Assembly (NCBI RefSeq): GCF_000143415.4 | Contig: NW_003314266.1 | Location: forward strand, 3,956,753-4,020,752 | Origin: Selaginella moellendorffii | Lineage: Eukaryota > Plantae > Lycopodiophyta | DNA: 64,000 bases | Reading direction: 5' to 3' | Shown: positions 24,917 through 37,500 of the stretch, in pieces | How the letters are laid out: every line of letters starts with the position of its first letter | How positions within the stretch are numbered: the first letter of the stretch is position 1 | Made by a program: the position numbers and the translations under genes | The notes under the pieces: generated by a model | What the model saw: only the letters and a program-made list of their open reading frames with translations | What the model was told of the DNA's origin: nothing | Database searches by the model: none

Positions 24917-26438
24917 ACCAATCGCCTACTGTTTGCGACACTGACTGCACCGACACCAGCTTTAGTTTGAGATTGTTCCTTTTTTTTTCTTACCTTTCCA
25001 TTGACTTGGATATTGTTCCATTTGTCGTCCCCACGGGCGTGGCAGTGCGTGAAGCACGAGTCGAAGAAAACTCCCAGCGAGCTCTTGTAGTTCCAGTCTG
25101 ACGCCGAAAGAGCGCCGATCATGCTCGTCCGGAATTCCTGGAGTTTTTTCACCGCCGGGCATGACAGCGAGTTCATACAGGAGACGTATTGATCCCTTGG
25201 GATCTTTTTTACGTGCTCTAGCTGCATTCACTCAGGGAATTTATATTCAAACGAGTGATCAGTGATCATTCGATCGGAACTTACTTGCCAGTAATCGTAT
25301 GCGGCGTTTAGCAGGAAAAGTGGAGGCTGGACAAACGCTTTCATTGTTTGTGGGAAGAAGCACTGGCATGATCGATCACAGTTCAGAAATTTGCAATTTG
25401 CTGACAACAAAAATGGAAATCTTACCTCAGTGGCAGCTCTAGAAGAAACACAAGAGGAATCCAGTGTCTTTTCTAGCTGGTGCAGTTTCACCACACTGTT
25501 GTAATAGCTAGACATTGAGTAGTTGCCACTGATGTCTGATCTGCAAGAACAGGATTTCATAGAAATCTCAACATTAGCATACGTTGTCTTACACATTAAG
25601 GAAGAATCCACCGTCACTGAGGCATTTGAGCTTGATTCGAGGAAGAAAGCTTTGCAACTCATTGCAACGATGCACTGTGGCTAATCCTCCAGCCGAGCAG
25701 CCCGACAGAAGAACCTAAATATCATGGTAAAATTGTTCACGAGTAACACCAAACTTTAAGCATACCTGGGTGGCGTCGCTCAATCCCATGGATTTGAGCT
25801 CATCAATTACAGCTTTGAAAATCCTTTTCCCTCGAAAATACAAAACCTGTTAAAAAAAGAGAACTTTTATCATTTCTTTTGTGATATATCTTCATACCTG
25901 ACCGGAGGGTAGAGTGAGGGGCTCAGCAACATCGGCACTGAAAGAAGCTCCATCGCAGTACCTCACAAAAACATGGGTCCAGTTGTGGAAGTCGGTGTTG
26001 ACTTTGGGGTCGGAGCTGAGCTGACCACTAAACGCTGCAAAGCCTTGCATGTTGACCGAGCTCCCCAGAGCAGTTCCAGCTCTAGCAGCACAAGATTGCT
26101 CGGACTCACACCACCCTCCACCCTGAAAATCACAACCATAACTTGACATGGTAAGTAGTCGATCTTATACCTCCAGACTAATGAGCCAGTTTGCTCCTCC
26201 TGGCGCAATATGGTAAGCTGGGACGCTTCCATCCAAGCAGACTTGTAAATCACAGCCAAATGTTACAAACTCCCGGGTTTAAACTTTGGCACTACATACA
26301 ACAAAACTCACCTGCGCCCAATGACTTTGCCTTTGAGAGGTAAGTTATCTCCACAAGAACACCGTCAAGTTGCGTGGGGCTGACCTGAGATGGAGCCCCA
26401 AATACAAGGGCAAGGAATGCAAAGAGAAGAGAATTCAT
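24837..26438 (-). CDS. PAE: Pectin acetylesterase (PAE/Notum family), multi-exon
   Basis: Signal [14 protein letters not shown]; [34 protein letters not shown], catalytic [30 protein letters not shown]; ends [30 protein letters not shown]. Confidence 0.95.
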
Positions 26439-26869
26439 ACCCAAAGAAGATGGATCTATGGGGAAACGAAAACAATGATATTATGAGTGAAACCTGTACT
26501 ACGAACTGTAAGATCTACCCGTGATTTTTTGTCCTGTGGAGATATCACGCGTTTCCTGTTGGGGTCACGCATTGCCTGCAACGTCCTTGGCGATTCTATC
26601 AAAGAATGTGTCGAGAAAGACAGGCACTATCAAACAAGAAATGCTTTTCACGAAAATTCAAGCTTTAGTTTTGAATGTTTTAGTTCTTTGTGTGCAATTA
26701 CTTGAATTACAAACATGAGAATCGTTAGCATCATTTTACGGAAAGAATTTGAAGTAAGCGATCGAATAGAGAACGAATGTCATCGTGAAGTTACCAAGGT
26801 TGAGTGTTTGACTTGTAGAGTGTTAGTAACTTTTGCCTTATAAACTGCCCAGATCCTCTGAATTGTTTA

Positions 26870-28620
26870 AGAGCGATGTCTTGCAATGCTCCATGCATTG
26901 TGTTTTTGTTCTTGGTATTCTGCAAGGTTCTCCATGAGTCTTGATGGCTTTTGAAGCAAACTGATCCTCTTAGTAGCTGGTTAGAAGAAGTTCCTCTGTG
27001 CAACTGGACAGGGATTTCATGCCATCCCAATCACCAGAATTATGTTCAAGGGATCAATCTCTACAATCTAAATCTGAGTGGTACAATCACACCTCTTCTT
27101 GGCCAGCCATCCCCCCTTTTGCTGTTACTTTAGCGTCTCTATTTATCTTCCCTGGTACATAAGGATCTCAACGTGATGCAATCCTCCTCGAACCAATGCA
27201 ACCAGGAGGTGATATATTAATCTCTCAAGCAACAGCTTTATGTCCAGCATTCCAAAGGAGCTTGAGAATTGCACGTTGCTTGAAGAGATTTCTCTTTCTC
27301 AAATTCTCTTACAGGAACTATTCCAGATATTTTCAATCGTTTAAAGCACCTGTCCATTCTCAGTCGTCTGTGGGGAAATCAGCTTGTTGGCAACATCCCA
27401 TTGTCAATTGCAAACTCCTCAAAATTGGCGAAGCTGATAATGAACTTACAGGACACATCCCAAATAATCTGATGACTTGAGGCAATTGTTCCAGGCTGGT
27501 TATATTAGATGTTACTTTCAACCTCGTCTGGAAGCCTTCCTTTGGAGCTTGCAAGACTATCAAGGCTTCAACATGCTGGGTTTTTGACAATCAACTGCAA
27601 GGAAAACTCTGGAGTTCTAATCCTGTTCACTAATTCATTGTCCGGTCAAATCCCTTCAACTCTATTCCAGTGCACTTCCCTCATAGAAATTGATGTTTCA
27701 CAGAATTCTCTCACAGGTCCAATCCCAGCTGATATCAGCAAACTTCAACACCTCCAAACATTTCTTACTCACCAAAATGAATCGCGTGGCAGCACTTTTG
27801 GCAACTTGTCCTCTCTTTTACAAACGGACATGGCCTTCAACCAGCTGAGTGGCACCATACCAACAGCAATTGGATCACTTTCACAGCTCCAGCGCTTATC
27901 TCTTGCATACAACAGGCTTTCTTGACCCATTCCTGAAGCTGCTTTCAAGCTGTGCAGGAATCTTGGCTTCCAGAGGCTCGACCGCAATGAGCTCGATCGA
28001 TCCCGCAAGAGTTTGGGGAAATTACCAATCTCACGTATTTAATTCTCACGAAAAATCTCTTAACAGAGGAGATTCCACCCAACATAGGCACCCTTTTCAG
28101 GCTGCAGTTCTTATCAACTTGGAACCTTCTCACAGATTATGGTTCCAGAGGGATGAACATGGAGGGAGCTACCTGTTGATCTTGCGGCTGGCCCTACGCG
28201 TGAGATTCCACCATGGCTTGGAGGCTTCAACAAAGTTCAGTCCATTGTTCTTTCTTCCAATGCCTTCTCAGGGGAGATACCTGCTAGTTTGGGTGAATGC
28301 AGCGGGCTCACTTACCTTGACTTGGCCTCAAGCTCATTAACTACGTTGACATTCTTGAAGTTAATGCTTCATACAACAACTTAATTCGCACATCTCATCA
28401 TTTTGCAAAATTTGACAGCTCCATGTTTTTCGGGAACCATTCGTTGTGTGGAGAGATACTTCATAGAAACTGTCCTTCACCCTCATCATCATCAAGCCAA
28501 ATCTAAACTTCGCTGTAGTGGTTGTCATGATATTGATAATAGCATTGTGTGTTAAAACCTTTAAGCACAGTGATTATGATGGAGCAGCTTTGGTGGGAAA
28601 CTTGAAAGCACTAAGTTTTT
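26870..28620 (+). pseudogene. LRR receptor-like gene, heavily frameshifted
   Basis: N-cap PLSSW...CNWTGISC; plant LRRs NSLSGQIPSTL, QNSLTGPIPADISKL, FNQLSGTIPTAIGSL; C-cap FFGNHSLCG; many stops and frameshifts. Confidence 0.88.
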
Positions 28621-28779
28621 AACAGGTAATGAACATGATAGATCTCTCTACTCGCAACTTTGGTTGAAAATTTCTTCAGAAGTGCATTTTCAACGGATAT
28701 CAAGCACTGAACATTACACCTATATACAAATGAATATCATGTTAGTGAGAATGTAAATGCCAAGCTTTTATTACGTACC

Positions 28780-29600
28780 AGTCATTGCGCTTGAGCCGGC
28801 TCTCAACAAGAGGCTTAGAAAGCTGGCCGTGTTGTAGTAAATGTGGATCTTTGATCATCTCTAACTTAATGGTGTGCCTAGTTCTTAGCACCTAGATCGA
28901 AGAAGCTGCTACAGCGCTCCAAGGAAGGACTCCACCATTGGCTAGCTTGAGACAGCAAAATCAAAGGCCTTCCAAGCCATTAACAAGATCATACGGAAGG
29001 ATGCCCTGAAACATACATCCCGGTGAGAGCTCAACATCAGGGATTTGTGACACCTTCTCATATACCAGAGTTTTCGGCCAGGCTCTGTTAACCATGCCCA
29101 GAAGATCATCAAATCAATGCCCAGATGCCAGTCCCCAATCAATGAGACTGTAAACTCCATCTCTGTAGCAAAAGTTCTTAGGAAAGATTTTGTTGTGGTG
29201 CACACCGTGATTCAAGCACAAGTGTGATACCGTATCATATAGGCATCCCTGACGATCAAAGCTGGCCTCTTGCAAAATGCGTTTTCATGTGAGCTTGAGC
29301 AAAGTTGGTCTTGGCATGCCATTTCACGCTCAATGTGAAACCATTCTTCCCAGTTATATTCCCCTTCCTGATGTAGTGCCATTTGACGGCAAGTTTCAGC
29401 CACCTTTGAGAGTTACAGATAAAACAATTGACGTAGCTTTCTGTTTCACAACCTCTTTTACCACCAATGTTCTCTCCTCCAAAACTCTACATTTTAGCTG
29501 CAAAAACTTGTTTTTGATCCAGAGATTGTGGCACCCTCGTGCCACCAGACCGTATAATTCATAGAACTGGGAGAATTGCATGATCGCTCTAATAACCATG
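28780..29600 (-). pseudogene. Degenerate atypical protein-kinase-like gene (FunK1/CK1-like motif pattern)
   Basis: One minus frame reads GVHHNKIFPKNFCYRDGVYSLIDWGLASGH* ... NGLEGL*FCCLKLANGGVLPW: remnants of catalytic loop, DFG-like DWG and subdomain IX-X, with in-frame stops. Confidence 0.6.
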
Positions 29601-31539
29601 TGGTTACTCGGGTCAGCATGAGCATTCTAACCCACTGTTTGTCTTCTTGAGCTTCAATCTCGTTTACTATGTGTACCTTTAACTCACCACTCTCTTATGA
29701 ATGCGTTCAACCATTTCCTATAGGTTTTCTAAAGTATAATTGAAATTTTATAAATTAATTTTAACAAAAAGTAAAGTTAGAATCAATTTGAAGACATATT
29801 AAACCATATTAAAAATCTATCAAATTCTTTATAAGCATCTAATATTAGTTTTTTGAAGAGTTATTCTATTTGATATCAAATAAAATAATAAAGGTGGACT
29901 AAATAACTTGAATATTTTTAGTTAGTGGTTTAACTCTTATAAACTTGGGTTTAATACTTTCTTAGGGCTAATTTACTTTACTTTTTGTTCTTTGATAATC
30001 AAAGACTATTTAACACAACCTAATATAAGTTGAACTAAGGTTTTTTTGTCCTAATAAGGTTTGTGAATTTGTATAAGTATGGCCTCTAATAATCCTTAAG
30101 TATCACCTACTTAGGGTTGAAAAAATTTAGTGAAGAAGAATATTCCATATCATCTTTGGGTATTCATTGAAATACTTCCTCTACCCTTGATTCCAAATAG
30201 AGAGAGAAAACGTTTTATATAGTGTAAATATAATGTATATACATATATACATTTTATTTTGTATGTTAAATATGAAAGATATCTATAAATGATTATGCCC
30301 TTGCATAAGAATCCAAGATCAGTTTTAAAACAATGAATTGTGACCGATATAACACCTAGCTAATAACTGAAAAAATTATTAAATAAAACTCATAAATAAA
30401 TCTAGCTTGAATACAATACTATTAAAGGGTTGATCTTTTTGTGGGGTTTGATTTTTCCATCTCCCAAGCTTCACATCCCCAAAAGATTGATCTCCTGGTT
30501 TCTAGTATCAAACATGAAACATACTTTAACAAACAAGTTGGCAAGTAGAAATGAAAAATATATCAAACATTGGTAGCTTTTTGAAACAAGATATAATCTA
30601 ATCATTAAAAATACAAATTTAATTTGATAATTAACAGAAATATACATTTAATTACTAATTTTATTACTGTTTTAATTGGAACTTGATGTTTTCTTTGTGT
30701 TAATTATTGAGTCACAAATCACTTACAATTGTAGTATAATTCACTTCAGTTATGGAGTAGTATATATACTTTTGTTAAAAGAATTAAATGGAAAACGAGA
30801 TCTACATTATCACAGCAAGTTTGCACTCCAGGTTTTCGAAATATTTCTGGTTTTAACTCCATTAAAATTGTGGTTGCAAAATAGATTTTTCTATTTTTTA
30901 TTTCAGACTCAGATTTAACAACACTTTGTTACATAGTTATATATGCGATAGGCTCTCTAGAAGCACAAACACTATTTTTCACTCTAAAAGTACATACTCT
31001 TTTTAGATTTTGTAGAGCTTGACTCAAGAAGCACATACCCTGATTAAACGAGAATGTTGTTAGACAGAATTCAATGATTTTCTTACCTTGCAACACAGCA
31101 AGCACAAATTGTCTCAGAGAAAGTCGCAAAGTACATGAGCTGGATAGCAGTGGCAATGAATGCTCCACCTAGATGCAGAAGCTGGAATTCAACAATCCAT
31201 CTAAAGATAATCCAGGTGACTGCGGAAAAAAAAGAGCACACCACAAAGAGCACGGAGGAAACATCTCAATCGAAGGGAAGCCTGTAGATCATGCAAATAA
31301 CAAATGGAGCAAAGGCAGCCACCATGTCTAAACACTGGCAATCACCCATGCCTTCACTTTCTTGATGCGGCAAATGACACCCATGAAAGGATAGAAGGAA
31401 CCAACCAGTACTGCCATGCCCTTCAGCCACCATTCTCTCGAACTCCACAACTCTCATATTGAACAAGTAGAGGAAGAAAACCATAGATAAAGCCATCAAC
31501 ATAGTAACAATTAGAGCCAAATCGTGAGTGTCCAAGACC

Positions 31540-34500
31540 TAGTGTTTTATTTCGGCCGCCAATAAGCCATTTGAAATGGCTTTTTGGCAGAGAAAATGTT
31601 AAGCTTTAATACAAATTAGTGTCATCTGAAAAGTCTGTTGTTGGCAGTGGCCGGGCCGACAATTTCCTTAAGCAGTTTAAAAATTAAAAACAGCATGTGC
31701 ATACCAACTTAATTATGAATAAATAATGTCAATGTTAGGCAATTCATGAGAAATTTCAAGTGACGCCAGTTGTTGCTCTGAACTGCTGGTACTATCCAAA
31801 TCAGTTAACAAATAGATTTTCCTTTTTCTGATTGCAGTGGCACTCGAATTTCCCTCATTTAGACATTTGCGCTTGAAAGGAGGAGGCATGGGAGATGCAA
31901 GTAAGCTCTCCACACCAGTTACTTGGTCCATGTTGTCCCCAAGGCCACTAATCTCACTGTCATTACATAGTATTGCATACTATCAGCCTGGATAGAGGTA
32001 AACAAAGAAGCTTACCTCCCATTAGCTAACCTAAAATCAAAATCCCAATCAAAGTCATCATCTTCGTCTTCAGACATGGAATCATCAGTGTCAACTTCTG
32101 CATAGGACCTGAAACCTGTGGTTATGTGGCCTGTGCCATTGCCTCATACAACTAGAGAGTCGTTCTCTTTTGGAATATCAAATTCTCCTTGAGTCCACGT
32201 TGCAGAGCTGCAAGAAGTTTCAAATTCCTTCCTATCCCAAATTCGATGGTTTTGGTAAATATGAATGAGCTTCTCAGCCTGCTCTGGATGCAGTCTACAC
32301 ACAAGCAAGTGACACCAATGTCAGACAAGTTCTTCATGTTTATAAATGAACAAAGGGCTTACTTGTTTTGCTTTAGTATCAAGACGTTGCTGTATGTACT
32401 AAAATTCCACTCAGCTGCAGAATTCAAAGTTGTCAAACCAAGAATATAGCATGCAAACCTCCAAAGCACTTCCCCTGAGTCACAGCTGAAGCTAACCGCA
32501 GAGGCCCAAACAGGCCAAGGTGAATCTCCATCCTTGCCTTTCTTAAGCAATTCTTGTGCATCACGGCTGTTTGCAATGGAAAAGGGGCTAGTTCCATCGA
32601 TGTATGCAAAGTACTCTTGATTTAGATTGTGGGCATCTTTAGCATTTGGATAAAAACAATGTTGAATACGACTAAATGCTGATGTTTCTTTCTGTCTATT
32701 TTTATCCTCCCTGTAACGCGGATTTACACACTAGGCTGCCCCAAACAAGTCACAGGATCTCATGTACTGATCCTCTTGTTTCTCCAGAAAGTCTTCAATA
32801 TTGTTATTATAGACACAAACTCCGGTCATAATTATTAATTAAGCAAACAAGTTAATTGGATGTTACATGAAAAAGCAACACATGCCTAAAGATTCATAGC
32901 ACTCAAATGAGCCACAAAAAAACTCTTCATGGTGTGCTGCATCAATGATCATAATATTCTGAATATGCAACCCACTAACTGTCTTCCAACTGTCTGTTAC
33001 CAAGCAAGGCAATCATGGGCTGTACGCACCTATAGCTTTCTCAAGTTGTTGATCAATGCGCTCAACTGTTTCATGGTATATCTCATCCAAGAAGTCTTCA
33101 CGCAAAGCCTTCAGCAAAGGCAAAGGAAACATGGAACCGCATTGGGCATGTCTACCAACTACTAGGTTGAATGCTCTGGCCTTGATGTAAACTCCAAATG
33201 CATACTCCTTCTACCATGCCCTAAGTTCTTCAGGGGTCAACACCCTTCCTGTGATTCCTTTGAGAGCTACTGTTTCCTGCAAGATACGACTTGTTGAACT
33301 TGTCTGAGGCCATGTAGTAGACACTATTATATCAATTTGATTCCCAGCTGCACATAAACGACCCATAGAGATGCAGCCAATTGTAGCTAACTCAATCTCT
33401 CGAACCTACTGCTGCAACCGCTCTGCATCAAGTTGGTCTTCACCCTCCAAACATTCTATCCATTCCCATGCTTTGTTGTCATTACCACTCAGAAAGGCAA
33501 ACATGTTCAATTTTGGCCTGCGTTCAATACTCCCACTAACTTGAGGAGTTGATATTGATCCTCCAACACTGAAGGCATCTTCATCCAATTGCTGTGACCC
33601 TGAAGCTCCTTGATTGCTGAACTGTGTCATTCTACTATTGCCATGTTGTTCGAACTCTGCAAGCTTGATGTTGTATGTCTCAATATTGTTCCTTGTTATA
33701 GACACAAACTCCTCACTGAACTCTTGTATTGGCCTGTGACGCAAACTTATGTCAGCAGTGCAGCAACCTGTGTCCTCCTTCTCCTTGTAGAAGCTGCAAA
33801 AATGCCTCCTAATCCTCGTACGTCCAATTCCCTTCACGGGACCTTTGCATAAGACACACCTAACCACTACCTCCCAACTAGCTTTGTCAGTGCTGAAACA
33901 TTGAGGATCCGCCTCAGTGTTTTCCAAATTCCTCTCCCTGAGTGCTAAAGGATCACAAAAGACGTATTTGCAAACGGTTTAGGGCCGAAGGCCTACCAAG
34001 TCTGCCTCTGGGACTCGGAGGATGATGAGGGTTGGTCTTTTGCCCTTGGATCCCTCTCTATTCTCCCTTGCAGCCTCGCCCTATTCTCGCAGCAGCACTA
34101 TCCTCAACACTTGGCCAAGGGTTTACCCCGTAGAACACAGCAACTTGATCATTTACAGCCAAAGCAAGCCCCTCTCCGATCACGGTGTCTCCTGAGGCTA
34201 CACCCAAACCAAGCCCCTCACCTATCACGGCTTCTCCCGAGTCTGCTCCTGCAAATGGATTGATGGAGGCTCTTACCTTGTTCACCCTCCCACAGCGTAG
34301 TTGCAGCCACGCTGTGTTGCTGTAGTATTTCGCCCTTGCCACCCTGACATCGAAACAAAAAAGGAGAGGATGGGAGAGAAATGGTGCTACTGGCCCTAAG
34401 GCTAAACCTTTTGTGTTTCTTCTCACCCAAGCTAAAGGAATTTAAAGAACCCGCAAGTTACTTGAATGAAAACCCTTGATCCATGTATGTCAGTAATAGC

Positions 34501-37500
34501 CATGACAACTTGAATATGCATCGAATCATTATTGAATCTTTTCTTTAGTGGGGTTAAAGGTTCAAGGGTTATGCTTAATTAAACGGTCATAATTATTCAA
34601 AATGCCAAAAAGTAGCTTTGAATAAAACTCTACCAAAACCCATTTCTACACCATGGCAATCGCATTTGCAAGGGAGAACACTAGAGTAAATATTAAAACC
34701 ATGGGCTTTTGCTATTGTGTGGCAAGAGGAGCAGTAGGAGCAGCAGCAGCAGCAGTAGCAGTAGTAGGAGCAGTAGGAGGTGTAGCCTGCTCCTTTAGTT
34801 GTGGCTGCGGGATTTGGGCCGTTGGCAACTGGATGGGGCCTGCTGCCCATTGACTAACCCTTTCTTAGATAACTCGGATGAAAATAACCAAGTGCAACTG
34901 TCTGGAGAATAGCCAATGGCACCAATACCCATTGCGAGAAGATCGTCCTAACGCGGTCAACAAGTCCCAAGATCCATGGCCAGAGAACCTTACCAATCCA
35001 TGGTGAGAATGCCTGTGCCAGGGAGGAGGCAAGAGTGAAACCTAAGGCTCCGACACTGAGCCAAAACCACCGAGACTCCGTGATCTTGTTATTGCTCAAC
35101 CTGCCAAGATCGATGCTGCCTCCTCTCGCTTTATGGCCAAAGATATCGATAACTGCCGCCTCTTGTTGAGAGATAGAAATCAGGAATGAATCTAGCAAGA
35201 AGGAAGTAAAGAAGAGCAACAACAATGCTGCCACCCTCATCCTTAGGGATTCCACAAACAAGCTCTTTTTAAGATAATGGAAAAACTAAACCAACAAAAG
35301 CATGCCCGTCTCTTTTATGTGTGTTTTGTCTCTATGGTCTCTTTTTTCCTTCTCTCGCAACATTATGCTCTCAATCTCTCGATCATGATGATTACTCTCT
35401 CCTTACCATGGTCCCACTCATAGTCTCTCTTTTTCCTTATCTCGATGAGATTGGGAAGCTCTAGTGCTCAGCAATGGTTTCGAAAACTGCAGCAAAAATC
35501 CCAGCAATAGTTAGCAAAAACTGCAATTAAAATACTGCAAAAATGCCGTAGCTTTTTTAGCTAAGCGCTCTTTGTGGTTCTCTTTTACTTTACTCCTAGT
35601 TCCTCCAATGCCAAGGAAATCCAATCCTCAAAAAGTGCCACAGTTTTGAAGGTTTCATTGTGAACTTTTCTTTGCTACATATGTGAAGGATAACTTACTG
35701 TGAAGGAAAGGAAAAAGCAATAGCTGCATCAAGAGCTGGTTTCACAGCAGCTCAAGACTTTGCTTGTTCTTCGGTGGAGTGAAGGTTTCTGTAACTTTGA
35801 TTGATGTGCATCATAAGAAAAAACCAGTGTTTTATTTCGGCTGCCAAAAAGCCATTTAAAATGGCTTTTTGGCATAGAAAATGTTAAGCTTTTATACAAA
35901 TTAGTGTCATCTGAAAAGTCTATCGCCGACAGCAGCTAGGCCAACAATTTCCTTAAGCAGCCTAAAAATTTTAAAACGGCACGTGCGTGCCAACTTGATT
36001 ATGAATCAACAATGTTAATGTTAGGCAATTCATGAAAAATTTCAAGTGATGCTAGTTGTTGCTCTAAACTGCTAGTACTGGGCTGGTCCAAATCAGTTAA
36101 CAAACGGATTTTCCTTTTTTTGACTACAGTGGCACTCAAATCTCCCTCATTTAGATGTTTGCGCTTGAAAGGAGGAGGCATGGGAGATGCAGGTAAGATC
36201 TCCACACCAATTATCTGGTCCATGTCGTCCCTAGGACCACTAATCTCACTGTCATTGCATAGTATTGCATACTATCAACCTGGATAGAAGTAAACAAAGA
36301 AGCTTACCTCCCATGAGCTAACCTAAGACCAGAATCCTAGTTGAAGTCATCATCTTCATCTTCAGGCATGGAATCATCAGTGTAAACTTTCGCATAGGAC
36401 CTGAAACCTATGGTTGTGTGGCATGTGCCATTGTCTCCTACAACTAGAGAGTCGTTCTCTTTTGGAATATCAAATGCACCCAAACTAGGCCCCTCTTCGA
36501 TCACGGCTTCTTTTGAGTCTGCTCCTACAAATGGATTGATGGAGACTCCTACCTTGTTTGCCCTCCCATAGCCGCAGCTGCGGCCATGTTGTGCTACTGC
36601 AGTATATCGCCCTTGCTGCCCTGACATTGAAACAAAAAGGAGAGAGTGAGAGGACAGGAGAGAAATGGTGCTACTAGCCCTAAGGCTAAACCTTTTGTGT
36701 TGCTTCTCACCTAAGCTGAAGGAATTCAAACAACTTGCAAGTTGCTTGAATGAAAACCCTTGATCCATGTATGTCAGTAATAGCCCTGACAACCTGAATA
36801 TGCGTTGAATCGCCGTTGAATCTTTTCTCTAGTGGGGTTAAAGGTTCAAGGGTTATGCTTAATTAAACGGTCATAATTATTCAAAATGCCAAAAAGTAGT
36901 TTTGAATAAACCTTGCCAACACCCATTTCTACACCATGGCAATCACATTCACAAGGGAGAACACTAGAGTAGATAGCAAAACCATGGGCTTTTGTTATTG
37001 CGTGGCAAGAGCAGTAGTAGGAGGCGCAGCTTGCTCCTCCAATTGTGGCTGCGAGATCTGGGCCGTCGGCAGTTGGATGGGGCCTGCTGCCCATTGACTA
37101 ACCCTTTCTTAGATAACTCGGATGAAAGTAACCAAGTGTAGCAATTCAGAGAATAGCCAATGGCACCAATACCCATTGCGAGAAGATCGTCCCAACACAG
37201 TCAACGAGTCCCAAGATCCATGGCCAGAGAACCTTACTAATTCATGGCGAGAATGCCTGTGCTAGGGAGGAGGCAAGAGTGAAACCTAAGGCTTCGACAC
37301 TAAGCCAAAACCACCGAGACTCTGTGATCTTGTCATTGCTCAACCTGCCGAGATCGAGATCGTGTGCCACCTCCTCTCACTTCATGGCCAAAGACATCGA
37401 TAACTGCCGCCTGCTGTTGAGAGATGGAAATTAGAAATGAATCTAGCAGGAAGGAAGCAAAGAAGAGCAACAACAATGCTGCCACCCTCATCCTTAGGGA

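Noticed and set aside
24910-24990. PAE truncated by the duplication junction
   Set aside because: A final exon ([13 protein letters not shown]...CNPTC) splices in frame and ends at 24837
26870-29600. Single LRR-RLK gene combining the LRR and kinase remnants
   Set aside because: The kinase remnant is on the opposite strand and lacks RLK/Pelle-type motifs
34593-34850. Cys-rich metallothionein-like ORF
   Set aside because: The Cys run comes from a CAG/TAG triplet expansion absent from the other array copies
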